A stretch of 21,322 bases of DNA from Candidatus Thorarchaeota archaeon (GTDB lineage Archaea > Asgardarchaeota > Thorarchaeia > Thorarchaeales > Thorarchaeaceae). A program made the translations under genes and the position numbers. Below the pieces are notes generated by a model that searched no databases, was not told where the DNA came from, and was given only the letters and a program-made list of their open reading frames with translations. The stretch is from positions 1 through 21,322 of the forward strand of contig JAEORO010000189.1 in assembly GCA_016840855.1 (NCBI GenBank). The letters are read 5' to 3'. Of this stretch, positions 18,201 to 21,322 are shown piece by piece (the stretch's first letter is position 1; each line of letters opens with the position of its first letter).

Positions 18201-21200
18201 ATATGAAAGAACAATGATCTGGTCCCATATGCACCAAGTTTCAGAGTTTGTCAGAATATAGGTAATACCGTGGGTATCATCACCGAGGGCGTTTAGAATT
18301 GTGTAACCCTTCTTAGTTGCGGTTGCTGATACGAAGGAGGTGTCGTTCAGAGTGAGTGTTCCATCATAGGGTAAATCATCATAATCATACCATGCACTAA
18401 TGACAATACCTGATGCATTCTGATTTACATTAATTCTCTGATCTATAGGGTCTGTCATTGAAATTATAATGGCATCCCAAATGCAGAAGGTTTCATCATC
18501 GACAGAAATTGCAGTTATCTCATAGGTTCCTCCCGAAACACTCTGAAGTCCATAAGCTATTCTCTGAGTCACTCCAGATACAAACTGTGTATTGTTTAGA
18601 GTTAACACACCATCGAAAGGTGTACTGTCATAATCATATACTGCTGATACAACAATACCTGATGCATTAGTACCAATGTTGATTCTTTGATCAAAGGGAT
18701 CGGTTATTGAGATTGTCAAAGAATCCCAGATGCAGTATGTTTCTGCGTTTTGTGAAATAGTAGTGATGCCAAAAGAATCATCCCCAAGTGCAAATAACAC
18801 TCTGTATCCCTGTTTCTGTGCAAAATCATAGCTGAAGACTGTGTTGTTCAGAACGAGTGTACCATCGTAAGTAGCACTGTCGAAGTCATATGTTGCAGAA
18901 ACAACAATTCCTGATGCATTCTCAAAGATGTTTATTCTGTTGTCAGTCGGACCAGTTATTGTGATTGTTAGACTATCCCAGATAATATTCTGAAACTGAC
19001 TATTCTGGTCAACTTGGGTGAGACCGTGTGTTCCTCCATTGTAGGTCACGGCATTATAGATGACTTCTTGCACTAAAGACTTGGTAACTGTGATGCGCCA
19101 GACTCCTGTACCAATATGACTGGCTGTAACAGAGTTGACTGTAACCGTTCCATCTAAGACTGGACCTGAGTCATAAGCGTAAGTGAGTATTAAATCGAGA
19201 TTTACATCATCATTGATATTGACCCTAGAGTCATCAGGTGAATACGATTGCACCAAGATTCTATCAGCGATATAGTTGTTCTGGCTTGATACTGAGAGAA
19301 GATCTTGACCCACACTGTTTGCTCCTTCCTCAACAGCTTTGATTGTTAAGGTATCCTGGCCTACTTCATCATCGGCAAAAACTATCAAGCTAAATTGTCC
19401 GGAAACTAATGTTAGATCACTCCAAGGACCTACATTAAACCCGTATTCGGAGCTAATCACCCAAACATCAGTTTCATTTGAGAGAGGATTATCATTCCCA
19501 GACCCGAGGTAAATCAGTATACCACTCACTGAAATACTTCCATCAAGGTCTCCTCTGTTATTTGTTCCAAATCCATCAGAAATAGTTAGGTTGGTTATTT
19601 CTAGACGCGTTTCAACATCCCAGTTTGTTTCATAGAAATCTTCGTCTGTATCAATCCCATCAGTTACAAATTGTCTGATGTCTGTGTCTGATAGATCTAG
19701 GTGGTCCCATGTAATCTTGATAGCCCATTTTATTTCAAGTCGATTCCCAACTCCTATAGCTAACGACCACGGAGCGAGAATGATGGAATCCGGACCTTGT
19801 TGGATTGAGAATGTATCAGTTGCCACGGTATATCTAATTGTCCAAACAACCTGACTCCTGAAGTTGTCGTATAATGAAACCTCCACGTATTCGATTTGAT
19901 CATAGCCATTTCCATCGCTTGCATTGGTGGATAAAACATAAAATCTGTACATCGCGTACATGTTGTCAGAATCATCAGGATTACTAAGCATAGATAGAAA
20001 ATCTGTATCATTTGAAGGGACTTGATTAGGTGCCTCCGACCAAGTAACTTTTTGAGTTGTTGTGAAAAAGGCTGTTATTCCGTATAGCGTTTCATAACTG
20101 ATTAGACTAGCATTATAGTAATAGACTACATTTGAATTGATGTCATTAAATAGGGTCTTATTAGAATTAGTGAACGCATGCCAGATTGTAGAGTTTCGGG
20201 ATATAATCACTTCATAGGTCGTACAGATTATAGAATCGTAATCATACTTGACAGTGAGTGTGAAGTTTGCTTGTTGCCCATTATATAGTGATGCACCATC
20301 AACTGTGATACTAATTCTAAGCTGGTCCCAAATACAAAATGTATCGTCATCAGTTGATATTGCTGTAATTCCATAAATGTCATCTCCGCTAGCTATCAAA
20401 ACTTCATATCCACGTTTGCCAACCGTTGTCTGGATGAACTGAGTATTATTCAAGACCAATGTACCATCATACGGCATTCCATCGTAATCGTAAGTGGCAC
20501 TTACTACAATCCCACTAGCATTCTCACCTATGTTTATTCTCTGGTCAAATGGGTCTGTAATGGTAATAGTAAGGGAGTCCCATATGCAATATGTTTCTGC
20601 ATTTTGTCGTATGGCTGTTATTCCATAGGAATCATCTCCAGATGCAAATAACACCTTGTATCCCTGTTTCTGTGCAGAACTATATGTAAAGACTGTATTA
20701 TTCAGAACTAGAGAACCATCATAGAGAGTATTATCAAAGTCATAAGTCGCACTCACAATAATTCCAGAAGCATTAGCATTTACATCGATTCGTTGATCTG
20801 AAGGACCTGTTATCAGGATTGTAAGACTGTCCCAGATGCAGTATACCTCATCATTGATTTCGATTGCAGTAATTCCGTAACTGTCATCTCCAAGTGCTGA
20901 GTCTACTGTGTACCAGTGTTGCTGTGCGACAGCATAAGTGAATACAGTATCGTTTAGAACAACAGTGCCATCATATGTTGCTCCATCATAGAGATATATA
21001 GCCTCTGGGTTAACAGACGCTGCGTCTCCTATGTTTACTCTGTTATCTGCGACTGTGATTGAAATAGATAAAGCATCCCAGATTATTGAAGGTCCAGAAG
21101 GTGTGTTGATTGCGTTTATTCCATACTGTGTATCAGTGATAGCATTCACTCTAAATGTCAGTCTTCTGACTAGGGACGATGTTCTAAGTTGTGTCCACAC

Positions 21201-21320
21201 TAGGTCAACAGAATCCCATGCCATGGCTGATCCATTTAGAAACACGGTGCCCATAGCTCCAGTGAACAGGACACTATCGTATTCTCGAATTATGAGGGCT
21301 GTGACTTCTTGAATAGAACC
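15273..21320 (-). CDS. Giant single-pass cell-surface glycoprotein with tandem Ig-like beta repeats and a cytoplasmic helical tail (5'-truncated by window edge)
   Basis: The frame stays open upstream of ATG 21254 to the edge (GSIQEVTALIIREYDSVLF), continuing the repeat pattern. D/T/S/Y/I/V-rich with many NxS/T sequons. TM VLYLGLAGIAGIAVVLFIA (15603-15659) is followed by RTRKRVTK. Confidence 0.85.
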   Translation of the reverse strand, partial: GSIQEVTALIIREYDSVLFTGAMGTVFLNGSAMAWDSVDLVWTQLRTSSLVRRLTFRVNAITDTQYGINAINTPSGPSIIWDALSISITVADNRVNIGDAASVNPEAIYLYDGATYDGTVVLNDTVFTYAVAQQHWYTVDSALGDDSYGITAIEINDEVYCIWDSLTILITGPSDQRIDVNANASGIIVSATYDFDNTLYDGSLVLNNTVFTYSSAQKQGYKVLFASGDDSYGITAIRQNAETYCIWDSLTITITDPFDQRINIGENASGIVVSATYDYDGMPYDGTLVLNNTQFIQTTVGKRGYEVLIASGDDIYGITAISTDDDTFCIWDQLRISITVDGASLYNGQQANFTLTVKYDYDSIICTTYEVIISRNSTIWHAFTNSNKTLFNDINSNVVYYYNASLISYETLYGITAFFTTTQKVTWSEAPNQVPSNDTDFLSMLSNPDDSDNMYAMYRFYVLSTNASDGNGYDQIEYVEVSLYDNFRSQVVWTIRYTVATDTFSIQQGPDSIILAPWSLAIGVGNRLEIKWAIKITWDHLDLSDTDIRQFVTDGIDTDEDFYETNWDVETRLEITNLTISDGFGTNNRGDLDGSISVSGILIYLGSGNDNPLSNETDVWVISSEYGFNVGPWSDLTLVSGQFSLIVFADDEVGQDTLTIKAVEEGANSVGQDLLSVSSQNNYIADRILVQSYSPDDSRVNINDDVNLDLILTYAYDSGPVLDGTVTVNSVTASHIGTGVWRITVTKSLVQEVIYNAVTYNGGTHGLTQVDQNSQFQNIIWDSLTITITGPTDNRINIFENASGIVVSATYDFDSATYDGTLVLNNTVFSYDFAQKQGYRVLFALGDDSFGITTISQNAETYCIWDSLTISITDPFDQRINIGTNASGIVVSAVYDYDSTPFDGVLTLNNTQFVSGVTQRIAYGLQSVSGGTYEITAISVDDETFCIWDAIIISMTDPIDQRINVNQNASGIVISAWYDYDDLPYDGTLTLNDTSFVSATATKKGYTILNALGDDTHGITYILTNSETWCIWDQIIVLSYQASDARDNVGDYIWVVVSLEYAYDYKPLIDGTVTINGFAFQHLGSGFWRHNRTELSVIDITFDTVSCAGNFYEIQEVNQNSKSQHVIWDMISVTITVDDRRIDVGTAASIVVSATYDYDGQLFDGILTLNDTIVMHNDVGRWNFTVISASGDSYGISLIGSNDEDYVIWDRLRIVSYSIDMDDSRINVGDTQNVYVEVDYEYDSVAFQPIVIGCVVYINGSAMTWDPGNKYWYRSYSFSNPVGYVFQVSEITDLIYGLTVIIEEVSPKFIIWDKLNVVIEANTSIAHFGDTVSFTVTATRQYDNSRASTLTVETLRNGTFLFMNNFTDIWNGPGDVHQQYLVIDATDGVFGITEFDTQMIEVFWTDAPIVKVNLAFTSDDGYVNGRVNIGTVISIYFHCTWLENSSDVEYGFLYVNSEPYLINETGWVVITDSSSDIDFRSWVVTGVDANGVMLFEEPAENPSMIWDAIAIRNMWAEDDRINLFDEAELHVDAQYIYDNETYVGILSFNNTILNYSTVGRRGYTVLSAFGDVYGISVILLNNETSVIWDALIITLTADHNRINIGSPVFIQKSAVYAYDGAKFNGTLPLNYIDFVQSSVGMRAYTVLEEFIEVGAYGIKYVLSNDEEIIIWDEFEVYWSDRNLKRYDLGSSVQVKFKVRYSYDKVPYTNTNGRLWINGIEATYDMVNQSWLISVSYNEAGSFDYQVDVIVDQTTAVNVLHANDDFIVTVIFDSVYVWLAGVSNSERDAIAPAIFNATVGNTITVYFQLRYESDETYIDDPTTIVQINGKQALFNAETQRWEASFEGLEVGPVSYEIDVFEDQFGLTKVDHRNRVPSVYWSSPPIPREVLYLGLAGIAGIAVVLFIARTRKRVTKLEHALTPEELLSLEEVGISSTMREQMVSQLEWLREVSEEIPFTGTDVLQVLNEELIKAKQMYTRAFEMEAPTEPAGRRLKEMLLERVDEVLDAIEKELVRR
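15684..21080 (-). repeat. About 17-18 tandem 81-103-aa domains delimited by (C/I/V)IWD motifs, interrupted by one unique insert
   Basis: Boundary Trp codons start at 21080, 20834, 20582, 20330, 18980, 18728, 18479, 18227, 17939, 17696, 17387, 17111, 16805, 16559 and 16310, with spacings of 243-309 nt outside the insert. Consensus: IWD-x-L-x-I...D-x-R-I-N-x-G...Y-D-Y-D...G-x-L-x-L-N...YGIT. Confidence 0.85.
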
Positions 21321-21322
21321 TA

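Noticed and set aside
21252-21254. ATG 21254 as the start of the surface protein
   Set aside because: No signal peptide follows it, and the frame continues upstream to the window edge with repeat-like sequence.

Overview
Gene-dense, AT-leaning archaeal chromosomal segment, most likely from an Asgard archaeon. This is inferred from a TPR+longin-type protein, a giant glycosylated single-pass surface protein and archaeal TATA/leaderless-style promoters; Thorarchaeota is a guess. Left to right it holds the 3' end of a CorA transporter, a bacterial-type ATP-dependent pfkA, a DinB protein and a double PRC-barrel protein. Next comes a minus-strand tandem array of three STAND (NB-ARC-like) NTPase-TPR genes, then a solitary DppB/OppB permease, a TPR-longin protein, and a >2000-aa Ig-like repeat surface protein cut by the window edge. 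The main candidate novel system is the NLR-like triplet. Its members have no N-terminal effector domain, a highly conserved NTPase carrying an internal hydrophobic insertion, strongly diverged central TPRs and an acidic-hydrophobic C-terminal tail. Each copy keeps its own conserved ~41-bp upstream element. The surface protein's ~109-aa cytoplasmic helical domain is a second notable feature. All family calls come from motif recognition by eye; no searches were run.
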